A program made the translations under genes and the position numbers. A stretch of 64,000 bases of DNA from Gammaproteobacteria bacterium (lineage in GTDB: Bacteria > Pseudomonadota > Gammaproteobacteria > UBA4575), in the NCBI GenBank assembly GCA_965222615.1, contig CBDCUI010000007.1:64001-128000 (forward strand), read 5' to 3'. Position 1 is the first letter of the stretch; the number at the start of each line of letters is the position of its first letter. The notes under the pieces were generated by a model. The model saw only the letters and a program-made list of their open reading frames with translations, had not been told where the DNA came from and ran no database searches. Shown here piece by piece: positions 21,944 to 31,577 of the stretch.

Positions 21944-23068
21944 GTGCGGGTTAAAAATACTATATTAAAAAAAATAGATATTCCTTTTACAGTGTCCTTC
22001 AAACACTCCTCTGCTAAACGATCACAAACTGAGAGTGTTCTTGTAGAGATGACATCTAATAGAGGAATAACAGGTTATGGAGAATCATGTCCAAGAGATT
22101 ACGTAACTTCCGAAAACATTAATAGTGTAAAAGCATTTTTCAATGAAAATATTTTCTCCTTTAAAAATGAAGTGATCAACTTATTTAGTCTAAATAATTG
22201 GATGGACAAAAATGCTAAAAAAATTGATGCAAATCCAGCTGCTATGTGTGCAATCGAAATGGCATTTCTAGATTTGCTTTCAAGAAACAATAGTGTGTCA
22301 ATAGAAAACCTAATCGGGCTACCTGAATTACACGGTCATTTTAAATATACAGCCGTAATTGGAGATAGTAGTGCAGAAATATTTCATAGCATTCTTAAAA
22401 AATATTTAGAAATGGGCTTTGATGACTACAAGGTTAAACTCTCTGGCGACATTGAAAAGGATCAAGAAAAATGTCAAATAATAAATCGTAACGTCAATTC
22501 TCCTATACGATTGCGATTTGACGCTAACAACCTATGGGATAACTATAAAATTGCGATTAACTATTTATCTAAATTAAATATAGATTATTTTGCAGTTGAA
22601 GAACCGCTTGCCCCAAATGACTTTGTAGATTTATCCAAAATCTCAAATGAGCTAAACAAACAAATCATTTTAGATGAAAGTTTTTTGAGAGTTAGTCAAT
22701 TTGAAAATCTCATTGATCATCCTGAAATGTGGATAATAAATCTTCGCATATCAAAGATGGGTGGTTTATTAAGGTCAAAGAAAATTGTCGATGAAGCAAA
22801 AGCCCACGGAGTTAAGATAATCATAGGTGCTCAGGTTGGTGAAACTAGCCTTCTCTCTAGAGCTGCTTTAGTTATCGCTAATTCTGCAAGAGACATACTT
22901 ATTGCTCAAGAAGGTGCATATGGAAATTTACTACTAAAAACAGACCTTTGTGAGCCACCAATTATGTTTAGCAAATCAGGTGTTCTCAATTCTTCCAATC
23001 TACCAATATCCTCAAATGGATTTGGATTTGAATTAAAAAATCATGATAATTTCGAGATAATTAACTAG
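21944..23068 (+). CDS. Enolase superfamily enzyme, MLE/dipeptide-epimerase-like subgroup
   Basis: GYGE capping domain, KVK, DAN, EEP, DES metal ligands. Confidence 0.88.
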   Translation: MRVKNTILKKIDIPFTVSFKHSSAKRSQTESVLVEMTSNRGITGYGESCPRDYVTSENINSVKAFFNENIFSFKNEVINLFSLNNWMDKNAKKIDANPAAMCAIEMAFLDLLSRNNSVSIENLIGLPELHGHFKYTAVIGDSSAEIFHSILKKYLEMGFDDYKVKLSGDIEKDQEKCQIINRNVNSPIRLRFDANNLWDNYKIAINYLSKLNIDYFAVEEPLAPNDFVDLSKISNELNKQIILDESFLRVSQFENLIDHPEMWIINLRISKMGGLLRSKKIVDEAKAHGVKIIIGAQVGETSLLSRAALVIANSARDILIAQEGAYGNLLLKTDLCEPPIMFSKSGVLNSSNLPISSNGFGFELKNHDNFEIIN

Positions 23069-23114
23069 GAAAATTTATTGACCATTATTGAGATTTAACC
23101 TGTTTGTTATTTCG

Positions 23115-23136
23115 TTCGGTTGAAATAGCAACCGAA
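23115..23136. terminator. Hairpin between convergent genes, possible terminator
   Basis: TTCGGTTG-aaatag-CAACCGAA. Confidence 0.4.
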
Positions 23137-23155
23137 AGTGGTTCTCCAGATGTTC

Positions 23156-26100
23156 TTATACAGTACTTGCGCGCATTTCTCTAAATCTTGAAAAAGTATA
23201 ATTACGCAAATCATCTGCAATCATGTAAAAACATGGCAATACCACTAAAATAAGCACAGTGGCAAAGATTAAACCGAATCCAAGGCTCACTGCCATGGGT
23301 GATAAAAATGCAGTTTGGCCACTGGCAAAAAAGATTAATGGCGAAATTCCTAAAAATGTCGTTACCGTAGTAAGTAAAATTGGGCGAATACGTACTCTTC
23401 CCGCATCCACTAATGCATCAAAACAAGTTGCCCCTTGTGCGCGTCGTTTTTTAGCAAAATCTATAAGAATCAAAGAATCATTTACGACTATTCCCGTCAA
23501 TGCAAGAAAACCTATCATGGATAAAAATTGTAAATTGTAGCCAAAGATTAAATGCCCAACGATCACACCTACAATTGCAAAAGGTATCGCAAACATGATT
23601 ACAAGTGGGTCCAATATAGACTTAAACAATGCTGCAAGAATAAAGAAAATAATTGCCAGTGCAATAATCAGCATGTTGCCAATATCATTGAATGAATCTT
23701 GTGATTCTTTTTTCTCGCCCAAATGTAGTAAAGAATAACCTGGATGATCCTCACTTAAATGAATGAACTCTTGATCTATAAGCTCATTTACCTCTAGTGG
23801 CGTGATTACATCTGCATCCACTTCAGCAGTCACTAAAGACAGACGTTGTGAATTACGTCGTTGTACTGCCCCAAGACCACGCCCTAACTCAATATCCGCT
23901 ACTTCGCCTAAGTAGACGGTTCCACCATTTGCAAGTGTGATCGGCAAACGTTGCAAGCCTGCACCGTCTTTACGTATCGAATTAGGATAAATTACACGAA
24001 CTGGATATCGATCCGTTTGCCAATTAACTTGCATTACCTCCAGTCCCAAATATCCAGTGCGCACTGCATCGGCAATTTGCGCTTGGGTTAAACCTAATTC
24101 TCTGCCGCGCGCATTGAGGGTGTATTGGTACTCGAGTTTGCCGGGCTCAAGATCTTGACGCACATCTCGAACACCTGGGATGCGTCGCAAAAAAGTAACC
24201 ACCTCTCCCGAAATATCAAGTAATTTATCGGTCTCATTACCAGTAATTCCTACTTCAATATCAGATCCAGCGGGCCCTCCTTGTGGCCGTAATATTGAAA
24301 AACGTTGTATACCTGGAACACTCGCAACACTAGCTCGAATTTCATCTATTATTGCTTCTGTATTGCGCTCACGTTTGCCACGCTCCTCAAAGCGTAAATT
24401 AACCAAGGGGCTTATAAAGGTTTCGATAAATCCTTCTGGCTTGGGTTTATTTAAATCTATAACAAACTGAATATAGTTACTTCCAAGTTTAAAGCGGTTA
24501 AAGTCAATTAAGGTGACTCCGACATTCGTTAGTAAGGTATCCAGTTCATCCTCTTGAAAAACTTTATTCATGCGATTCTCAATTTCAATTGCAAGCGCTG
24601 TAGTATCATCAATGCTATAAGTATTTGGAGCTTCAACATTTACAAGAAACTGACCAATTTCTACATCTCCAAACTGGTTATATGGCATTCTTGTATAAGA
24701 AAAAGCAAGTACCACACTCAACGCACCTATGGTTGCAGCTGAAATGAAATAACGATTGCGCAAGGCATACTGAATAATCGTGATATATTTCTTTAAAAAC
24801 TTACTTGAATTACTCTGCACAAAAGTGCGCCACCAACTGTTTTTATCTTTTTTGCTAACTTTTAACATTTCTGCCGAATGAGACGGCAGTACAATAAAGG
24901 CTTCTAATAAAGATCCTATTAAAGATGCAGTAACCACTACTGGAATGACTTGTATAAACAAACCTAAGGTTCCCGACACACCAAACATAGGCAAAAAAGC
25001 TGCAATAGTAGTGGAAGTGGAAGCCACTACAGGCCAAAACACTTCGCTTGCACCTCGTTTAGCAGCGGCATCTGCCACCATGCCATCTTCCATGTGACGA
25101 TAAACGTTTTCAGTAACAATAATTGCATCATCGACAATCATGCCTAGTGCAATTAAAAATGCGAACATTGACACCATGTTTATGGTGTATCCAAGATAGT
25201 GAATAATAATTACAGCCACTAAAAATGAAACAGGAATACCCAAGGCCGTAATAAATGCAACACGAAAGTTTAAAAACAAATAAAGAGATAATAAAACCAA
25301 GAAGAGCCCTACTGCACCAGATGACTTTAAAGTCTCTAAACGCGTCTTTACATATTTTGACAGATCGCTAAATAAACCAAGTTTGATGCCGCGCGGTAGA
25401 TTTTTTTGTATCTCGGCAGCGAGTTCACGCGTAGCTTGAGAAACATCAATGGTTGAAGCCTTTGCGGTTTTTGTAATGGTGAGATTTACAGACGGCTTAC
25501 TATTAAAACGCCCTAGGGTTTTAGTTTCTTCTAAGCGCAATTTAACGTTTGCCACTGCACCAAGAACAAGCTGCCCGCCATTGGCATTACTACGCAAAAC
25601 AATCTTTTTAGTTGCATCAATATCGGGAGCCGCACCTTTACCACGCAATAATATGTCTCCTTCAGAAGCTTTGAGAGATCCGCCAGGTAAATCTCTAAGA
25701 TTATTTCTTAACGCAGAAATGACGGTTCCCAAAGACACATTTCGAGCGGACATTATGTAAGGGTCTACTTCAACCCATAATTCCCAATCCCGCTCACCTG
25801 CAATACTTACACTGGCGACACCATCGATTTGTTGTAAGCGAGATTTGACGTCCTTTGCCGTTTCAATCAAGGTACCCATCGACACATCGCCATACACACT
25901 TAAACTAATAACTGGAAAACGTGTTTTTAAGCGAGTTATTTCCGACCTTTCCGATTCTTCCGGCAAATCTGTTATGGCATCAACCGTAGAACGTAAATCT
26001 CTAACAAATTCGTCAACGTCTGTATCTGGTTTCAACTTTATGACAATCTTCGATAAACCTTCATTGCTCTCAGAAGTCACTACATCGATATCTGCAAGGG

Positions 26101-26317
26101 TGTCTAACTCTTCTTCGATTGGTATGGTTATTTGAGATTCCACTTCTTCGGGTGGAGCACCTTCAAACTCGGTATTGATACGAACTTTATCAATTTCCAC
26201 GACGGGGAACATTTCCTGTGGCATACTGCGCCAAGAAATAACACCCGTGACAATTACCAGTACCAAAAATAGGTTAACGACTAGTGGGTTTTTAATAGAA
26301 AAATTAATAATACCCAT
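23156..26317 (-). CDS. RND efflux transporter permease (AcrB/AcrD/AcrF family)
   Basis: 1053 aa; GMIVDDAIIVTEN, GIVVNDSLILID, RIRPILLT. Confidence 0.95.
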   Translation of the reverse strand: MGIINFSIKNPLVVNLFLVLVIVTGVISWRSMPQEMFPVVEIDKVRINTEFEGAPPEEVESQITIPIEEELDTLADIDVVTSESNEGLSKIVIKLKPDTDVDEFVRDLRSTVDAITDLPEESERSEITRLKTRFPVISLSVYGDVSMGTLIETAKDVKSRLQQIDGVASVSIAGERDWELWVEVDPYIMSARNVSLGTVISALRNNLRDLPGGSLKASEGDILLRGKGAAPDIDATKKIVLRSNANGGQLVLGAVANVKLRLEETKTLGRFNSKPSVNLTITKTAKASTIDVSQATRELAAEIQKNLPRGIKLGLFSDLSKYVKTRLETLKSSGAVGLFLVLLSLYLFLNFRVAFITALGIPVSFLVAVIIIHYLGYTINMVSMFAFLIALGMIVDDAIIVTENVYRHMEDGMVADAAAKRGASEVFWPVVASTSTTIAAFLPMFGVSGTLGLFIQVIPVVVTASLIGSLLEAFIVLPSHSAEMLKVSKKDKNSWWRTFVQSNSSKFLKKYITIIQYALRNRYFISAATIGALSVVLAFSYTRMPYNQFGDVEIGQFLVNVEAPNTYSIDDTTALAIEIENRMNKVFQEDELDTLLTNVGVTLIDFNRFKLGSNYIQFVIDLNKPKPEGFIETFISPLVNLRFEERGKRERNTEAIIDEIRASVASVPGIQRFSILRPQGGPAGSDIEVGITGNETDKLLDISGEVVTFLRRIPGVRDVRQDLEPGKLEYQYTLNARGRELGLTQAQIADAVRTGYLGLEVMQVNWQTDRYPVRVIYPNSIRKDGAGLQRLPITLANGGTVYLGEVADIELGRGLGAVQRRNSQRLSLVTAEVDADVITPLEVNELIDQEFIHLSEDHPGYSLLHLGEKKESQDSFNDIGNMLIIALAIIFFILAALFKSILDPLVIMFAIPFAIVGVIVGHLIFGYNLQFLSMIGFLALTGIVVNDSLILIDFAKKRRAQGATCFDALVDAGRVRIRPILLTTVTTFLGISPLIFFASGQTAFLSPMAVSLGFGLIFATVLILVVLPCFYMIADDLRNYTFSRFREMRASTV

Positions 26318-26615
26318 AGCTTAAATTTTTACTAAATAGATTCCTTATCTTGCTGCGACGCTTGTTACAACAGCCTTTTTCAAATCCAGGTAATGAAAGC
26401 CACTTATTCTATAGTATAGTAAAAGTGGCTGCGATTAGACTAATTCTTGAATAGATCAAATTTAGAGATCAGCGCTACAATATAGTTCAAATGTAACTGA
26501 TAAAAATGATATCCGTGTTGAGATTCACGCAATGAATACTAGTCTACACAGCCACGTAGACAAGTTGCGGGTATTTTCAAACTAAAAAATTGTTATAAAA
26601 CCTTGCTTAAAGGTT

Positions 26616-26843
26616 TCACCAGTGTTCCCAAACCTCGAAAATTGTATATTCCCCTTTTCGATAACGTCGCAAACCCGTTTCACGCTTGATAGATTTAGCC
26701 TTTTGCAAAGCGAGATTATAAGCACGCGCACTATCACTACCCTCTCTCGATTGATAGTAAGTAACTAGAAACCAACCTTGCCTGTTTAGTATCGCACTAT
26801 CACGTTCTTTTAAATTTGTAATTTCATTTTTATCCCCAGCCAT
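26616..26843 (-). CDS. Hypothetical small basic protein
   Basis: 75-aa ORF with GGAG RBS upstream. Confidence 0.55.
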   Translation of the reverse strand: MAGDKNEITNLKERDSAILNRQGWFLVTYYQSREGSDSARAYNLALQKAKSIKRETGLRRYRKGEYTIFEVWEHW

Positions 26844-26954
26844 ATTTCATAATCTCCGTGTTTAATTTTAGTCGCTCTTATCATTTAAATTAGTTGTACT
26901 GGACGCAATATAGCGATGCTCAATGAAAATTATATTGTTAATAACTTATTGTGG

Positions 26955-27287
26955 TTACATCCCCATATTTTTAATCGACTGTACAAGCTGACCATATAGG
27001 CGCTTGCCTTTATTTGTTATCTGTATTGCTCTGGCACGACGATCGTATTCTACTAAGTCATATTCCATTAAATTCAATTCTTCTAAGTACCGCATTGAAC
27101 GTGTGATTTGCGGTTTGTTCAAAAATGCTTCATTAGCAATTTGTCCAGGTTGAGTGAATCCTTGATGTAAGTAATGCAATACTTCAAAATCTATATGAGA
27201 GAGCCGATACAGTTTTAAACTATCCTTAATCTGTCGCTGATACTGTCGCAACTCTCTCGAACTCGCCAAGTATTGTTCCAATCGCAT
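26955..27287 (-). CDS. MarR family winged-helix regulator
   Basis: ITRSMRYLEELNL...DRRARAIQITNKG. Confidence 0.82.
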   Translation of the reverse strand: MRLEQYLASSRELRQYQRQIKDSLKLYRLSHIDFEVLHYLHQGFTQPGQIANEAFLNKPQITRSMRYLEELNLMEYDLVEYDRRARAIQITNKGKRLYGQLVQSIKNMGM

Positions 27288-27448
27288 TGAATTCCCCTAA
27301 ATACTTAATCAAGGAATGTTGCCAATTGTTGATGGCAGAATCGAATGTTGTTTTCGATACAGTTTTATTTGTAATACTTACACTTGTAACTTTTTATCGC
27401 GCTGGTATTGCGGTCAAAGTCACAATAGTCACCTTCATGCATTTCTAC

Positions 27449-27477
27449 TTGCCTATATAGTACCATTATGGTACCAT
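27449..27477 (+). promoter_or_regulatory. Putative sigma70 promoter of hicAB with overlapping operator palindrome
   Basis: TTGCCT-N17-TACCAT; inverted repeat GTACCAT-T-ATGGTAC at 27460-27474. Confidence 0.6.
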
Positions 27478-27483
27478 ATTTTC

Positions 27484-27687
27484 ATGTTGCCTAAACTACG
27501 TGAATTGCTTCGAGATATAGAATCTGCGGGCTTTATAAACCGAGGCACTAGAGACGACTTCTACATTCTTCGACATCCAGATGGGGTCAACATAACTCTT
27601 GGTGGCAACCCGAATCAGGACGCAAAACAATATCAAGTCCAAGACGTTAAGCGTGCAATTGAATTAGTTACTAACAAAGATGAATAA
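27484..27687 (+). CDS. hicA: HicA-like toxin (degenerate active-site motif)
   Basis: 67 aa from ATG 27484: KLRELLRDIESAGF...HP...DAKQYQ; overlaps hicB start. Confidence 0.75.
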   Translation: MLPKLRELLRDIESAGFINRGTRDDFYILRHPDGVNITLGGNPNQDAKQYQVQDVKRAIELVTNKDE

Positions 27688-28021
27688 ACGCAAACGATAT
27701 ATGAAAGTCGTTGAGTGGTCAGAGAAAGATCAATGTTATATTGGACGAGTTCCAGGTCTAACTTTAGGGGGTGTGCACGGAAAAACCGAAATAAAAGTAT
27801 ATGAAAATCTGGCATCCTTGATAGACGAATGGATTAGAGTTTATGAAAAGGATGGAGCCCCTTTACCATCTTCTACAATAGGGAAAAAGTATTCAGGGCG
27901 TTTTAATATTCGACTAGGTGAGGGCCTGCATGAACGTCTCGCTATCGAGTCACTAAAAGTTAGTGAAAGCCTAAATACCTATTGTGTAAAAGCTCTTAAA
28001 AAGGAAGTTGACTTGGATTAA
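27680..28021 (+). CDS. hicB: HicB family antitoxin with C-terminal RHH domain
   Basis: VEWSEKDQCYIGRVPGL; YSGRFNIRLGEGLHERLA..SLN. Confidence 0.88.
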   Translation: MNKRKRYMKVVEWSEKDQCYIGRVPGLTLGGVHGKTEIKVYENLASLIDEWIRVYEKDGAPLPSSTIGKKYSGRFNIRLGEGLHERLAIESLKVSESLNTYCVKALKKEVDLD

Positions 28022-28042
28022 CGGCTTTATCAAGCTGTACGG

Positions 28043-29236
28043 CTAAAGATCTACTGCAACCTTTTGTCCATCTTGAAGTCCTGCAACATCTCGCGCAACA
28101 ATCATTTCGCCTGATTGTAGGCCCGATGAAATAATATATTCACTACCTACGCGTTGACTAAGTTCTACAGTTACATGGTTTATCTTGCCATCTTTATATA
28201 CATAAACATGGCTTTCACCTGCATTGGTGGCGACAGAAGATACCGGTACAGTAATTGCGTCAAACTGTTTAACAAGTGGTAAATCTGCACTTGCAAGCAT
28301 ACCCGACTGAATAGCCTCACTAGGCAAACGAATTCTAAGGGCATGTGTATTCGTAGTCGGATCTGGATCAGGCTGTAAAGCAATGAGCTTACCTTGTATA
28401 GATTTACTTCCAACTCGAACATCAATATCTTGATTCAGAGATAAAGCAGCTGCTACTCCCCCTCGCACGTCAAGCTGTAAATCTAATGAGCTGGTATCCA
28501 CAATGGTCGCAACGACTTCAGTAGCGGTAACGAAATCACCAACTTGTACACTCACTTCATTTACATAACTAGCAAATGGAGCAATTAAAGTTGCACGTTT
28601 TAAATTTCGTTGAGCAACATCACGATCGGATTTCTTTAATGCCAATCTGGCCTTGGAGGTCTCAACTTTATATTTCAAATCTGACACTTGAGAATCGAGT
28701 GTTAACATTTGTTGACGTGCAGCGTCTAATTGCGATGCAGATATCAAAGAATCACTGTTTAGCTGTTCATAGCGTCGCACTTCGGCCTGTTGTAATGCCA
28801 AATTATCTTGAGCTAATTTGAGCATCCTTTGATCTCGTTGAATCCCTGCTTTCTCAATAAGATATTGTGATTCGGCCTGAGTGAATTGATCTTGTAGATC
28901 CTCGTCATCGAGGATTAACAAGGGTTGTCCTAAATCAACATATACGCCGGGCTCTACTAATCGCTGTTTAATACGACCCGGAACCTCAAATTCAAGTTGT
29001 GCAGTTTTGACAGGCTGTAAACGACCAGTTAGTGACTCTTGAGGTATCAGGTCTTGTCGCTTGACTTCGACAAGTACTACCTTCAGCGGTGGCAATTCTT
29101 CCAATTTTGCCTCAGGTCCTTTTTTTGTCCAAAATAGCGCTGCCACAAGGACCACGGCTGTAATAATGGCAATTACGCTACCTGCCAGTTGCTTTGGGGC
29201 TAACTCCCGAGTATTGCTGTTAGTAGATTCAGTCAA
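28043..29236 (-). CDS. RND efflux periplasmic adaptor (MFP)
   Basis: N-terminal TM anchor, lipoyl halves flanking a coiled coil, LIAPF, GL..GE. Confidence 0.92.
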   Translation of the reverse strand: MTESTNSNTRELAPKQLAGSVIAIITAVVLVAALFWTKKGPEAKLEELPPLKVVLVEVKRQDLIPQESLTGRLQPVKTAQLEFEVPGRIKQRLVEPGVYVDLGQPLLILDDEDLQDQFTQAESQYLIEKAGIQRDQRMLKLAQDNLALQQAEVRRYEQLNSDSLISASQLDAARQQMLTLDSQVSDLKYKVETSKARLALKKSDRDVAQRNLKRATLIAPFASYVNEVSVQVGDFVTATEVVATIVDTSSLDLQLDVRGGVAAALSLNQDIDVRVGSKSIQGKLIALQPDPDPTTNTHALRIRLPSEAIQSGMLASADLPLVKQFDAITVPVSSVATNAGESHVYVYKDGKINHVTVELSQRVGSEYIISSGLQSGEMIVARDVAGLQDGQKVAVDL

Positions 29237-29330
29237 TTGTCTTTCCGTAAACTGTTAAACTGTAAATATCGAATAAATATAATAAAAACCTTCGAATAAT
29301 AATTCACCAACCATACTCTATCCATACTCT

Positions 29331-31577
29331 GTGTTGATAAAACCCCTAAGTAAACTGTGTGTGCCTATTTTCGGGTTAATGTGTCTATCTGCTTTAGCAG
29401 ATAATGAGCCCTATTCCCAATGTGAAAGTGGGCCTATATCAACTACTCAACAAGACACTACAACAATAGACCCCAATACGCCCGCAGAGTTTACTGCCGA
29501 TCGCGCCAAACGTGATGAGAAAGGCGTCTCTACTTTGGAAGGTACCGTACAAATGAGACGTGGACCTCAGACAATTGATGCCGATGTACTACGTTATGAT
29601 GAAAATAGTAAAAAAGTGTATGCAACTGGCAATGTAATTGCCGAAGACGACGCACTCTTCATCGAAAGCCAAGAAGCAGAATTACATCTTGATACCGACT
29701 ACGCTAAAACTGACGCAGCCTCATATCAGTATAAACCATTACATGCACGTGGCGACGCAAAAACAATCGAAAGGACTTCTTCTGAATTTGTTCGTTTTAA
29801 AGATGCAACCTATACCACTTGTGACAAAGGCGATGACTCTTGGCAATTATCCGCTGACGAAGTAGAGCTTGATAAAACCACGGGTGATGGTATTGGTAAA
29901 GATGTGGTTGTAAAGTTTAAAGGTTTGCCAATTTTTTATACACCTTGGATACGATTCCCAATTGATGATCGTCGTAAATCCGGTTTCTTAACGCCTACTA
30001 TTGGCAACTCTAGTGACTCTGGTTTTGAACTTGAAACCCCTTGGTACTGGAATATAGCACCTAATCGCGATGCAATACTTGCCCCACGCGTATTAGCCGA
30101 TCGCGGCCTACAGTTAAAATCAAATTTTCGATATTTGAATAAAAAAAGTTTTGGCCAGTTTGGACTTGAATATTTAGACGATCACGAATTTGATGATGAC
30201 CGCTATCTAGTATCCTTTGAACATGTAGGCTCCATTATCCCAAAGCTGAATGTTAATCTTTTATATAATAAAGTGTCTGACGATAATTATTTTGAAGATT
30301 TAGGTGATTCGCTTGGTATAACTAGTACCCAACACATCGAACGCCGTGGTGACATTACTTATAATACTAAACATTGGAGTTTATTAGCACGTGCACAAAG
30401 TTTCCAAATCGTGGATGAAAGTTTACCCAACACGAGTAGACCTTATAAACGAACACCACAAATTAAGCTTGACGGAAATTATTATAATTTACCTGGTGGG
30501 TTTGATTTCGGCACTGACACTGAGTGGGTTAGTTTTCAGCATGACGATATTATAGATGGTGATCGTTTTCATTTAGGAATCGAACTTGAACGTCCTTTTG
30601 AAAGCACAGGATATTTTTTTCGACCAGGCATACGACTCACTCATACTGAATATGATCTTAACCGTAGAGATGGTCTTGATGATAAACCAAGCCGTAGTAT
30701 GCCAAGTGCACATATAGATGCAGGGCTAATCTTTGAAAGGGATATGCAGAATGCAAAAACCATCCAAACTCTAGAACCACGCCTCTATTATTTACATACA
30801 CCATTTCGTGATCAAGACGACATTCCTATCTTTGATACTGGCGAATACGAATTTGGTTTTGATCAATTATTCCGTGACGATCGTTTCAGCAGTATAGACC
30901 GAATTGGTGATGCCGACCGCTTAAGTGTTGCCGTTACAACACGAGTACTAGATTTAGATGATGGAGATGAAAAGTTAAGAGCCAGTATTGGACGCATTAT
31001 CTACTTTCGAGATCGAAAAGTTAGGCTTCCTGGAGAAATGGTTGAACGTGATGATTCATCCGAAATCGCAGGTGAACTTAAGATTTCATTAAATGATCGC
31101 TGGGACGCAATCGCCTCAGCATTATGGGATTCTCATGATGATCATACTGAAAAAAATTCAATGCGTTTCCAATATCGATCTGAGAATGATTTTCTTCTAA
31201 ACCTGTCTTATCGTTATCGACGCAGAGATATTGAACCGATTGATCCATTAACCAATCGACGTAGAAAATTAGAACAAGCTGATATTTCTATGGTGCTACC
31301 TATTAATGACAATTGGCGAACTGTGGCCCGCTGGAACTATGATTTACGGGAAAAACGCAACTTAGAATTACTTGCTGGGGTCGAATACGATACCTGCTGC
31401 TGGAAATTACGTCTAGCTGGGCGTCGCTATAATCAAAATACAGAAGAGGACTATAATAACAGTATAGAAGTGCAGCTTGTCTTAAAGGGCCTTGGACAAA
31501 TTGGTTCGCCAATTGGAGAACTATTGGAACGTGGTATTCGTGGATATGATGATCGAGATGATGAGTACTTATTTTAA
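29331..31577 (+). CDS. lptD: LPS assembly protein LptD
   Basis: YTTC, RKSGFLTP, YWNIAPNRD, LEPRLYY, EYDTCCW. Confidence 0.96.
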   Translation: MLIKPLSKLCVPIFGLMCLSALADNEPYSQCESGPISTTQQDTTTIDPNTPAEFTADRAKRDEKGVSTLEGTVQMRRGPQTIDADVLRYDENSKKVYATGNVIAEDDALFIESQEAELHLDTDYAKTDAASYQYKPLHARGDAKTIERTSSEFVRFKDATYTTCDKGDDSWQLSADEVELDKTTGDGIGKDVVVKFKGLPIFYTPWIRFPIDDRRKSGFLTPTIGNSSDSGFELETPWYWNIAPNRDAILAPRVLADRGLQLKSNFRYLNKKSFGQFGLEYLDDHEFDDDRYLVSFEHVGSIIPKLNVNLLYNKVSDDNYFEDLGDSLGITSTQHIERRGDITYNTKHWSLLARAQSFQIVDESLPNTSRPYKRTPQIKLDGNYYNLPGGFDFGTDTEWVSFQHDDIIDGDRFHLGIELERPFESTGYFFRPGIRLTHTEYDLNRRDGLDDKPSRSMPSAHIDAGLIFERDMQNAKTIQTLEPRLYYLHTPFRDQDDIPIFDTGEYEFGFDQLFRDDRFSSIDRIGDADRLSVAVTTRVLDLDDGDEKLRASIGRIIYFRDRKVRLPGEMVERDDSSEIAGELKISLNDRWDAIASALWDSHDDHTEKNSMRFQYRSENDFLLNLSYRYRRRDIEPIDPLTNRRRKLEQADISMVLPINDNWRTVARWNYDLREKRNLELLAGVEYDTCCWKLRLAGRRYNQNTEEDYNNSIEVQLVLKGLGQIGSPIGELLERGIRGYDDRDDEYLF

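Noticed and set aside
27316-27483. N-terminal extension of the 123-aa ORF before hicA
   Set aside because: Cys-rich non-protein-like sequence covering the predicted promoter/operator; HicA similarity begins at ATG 27484
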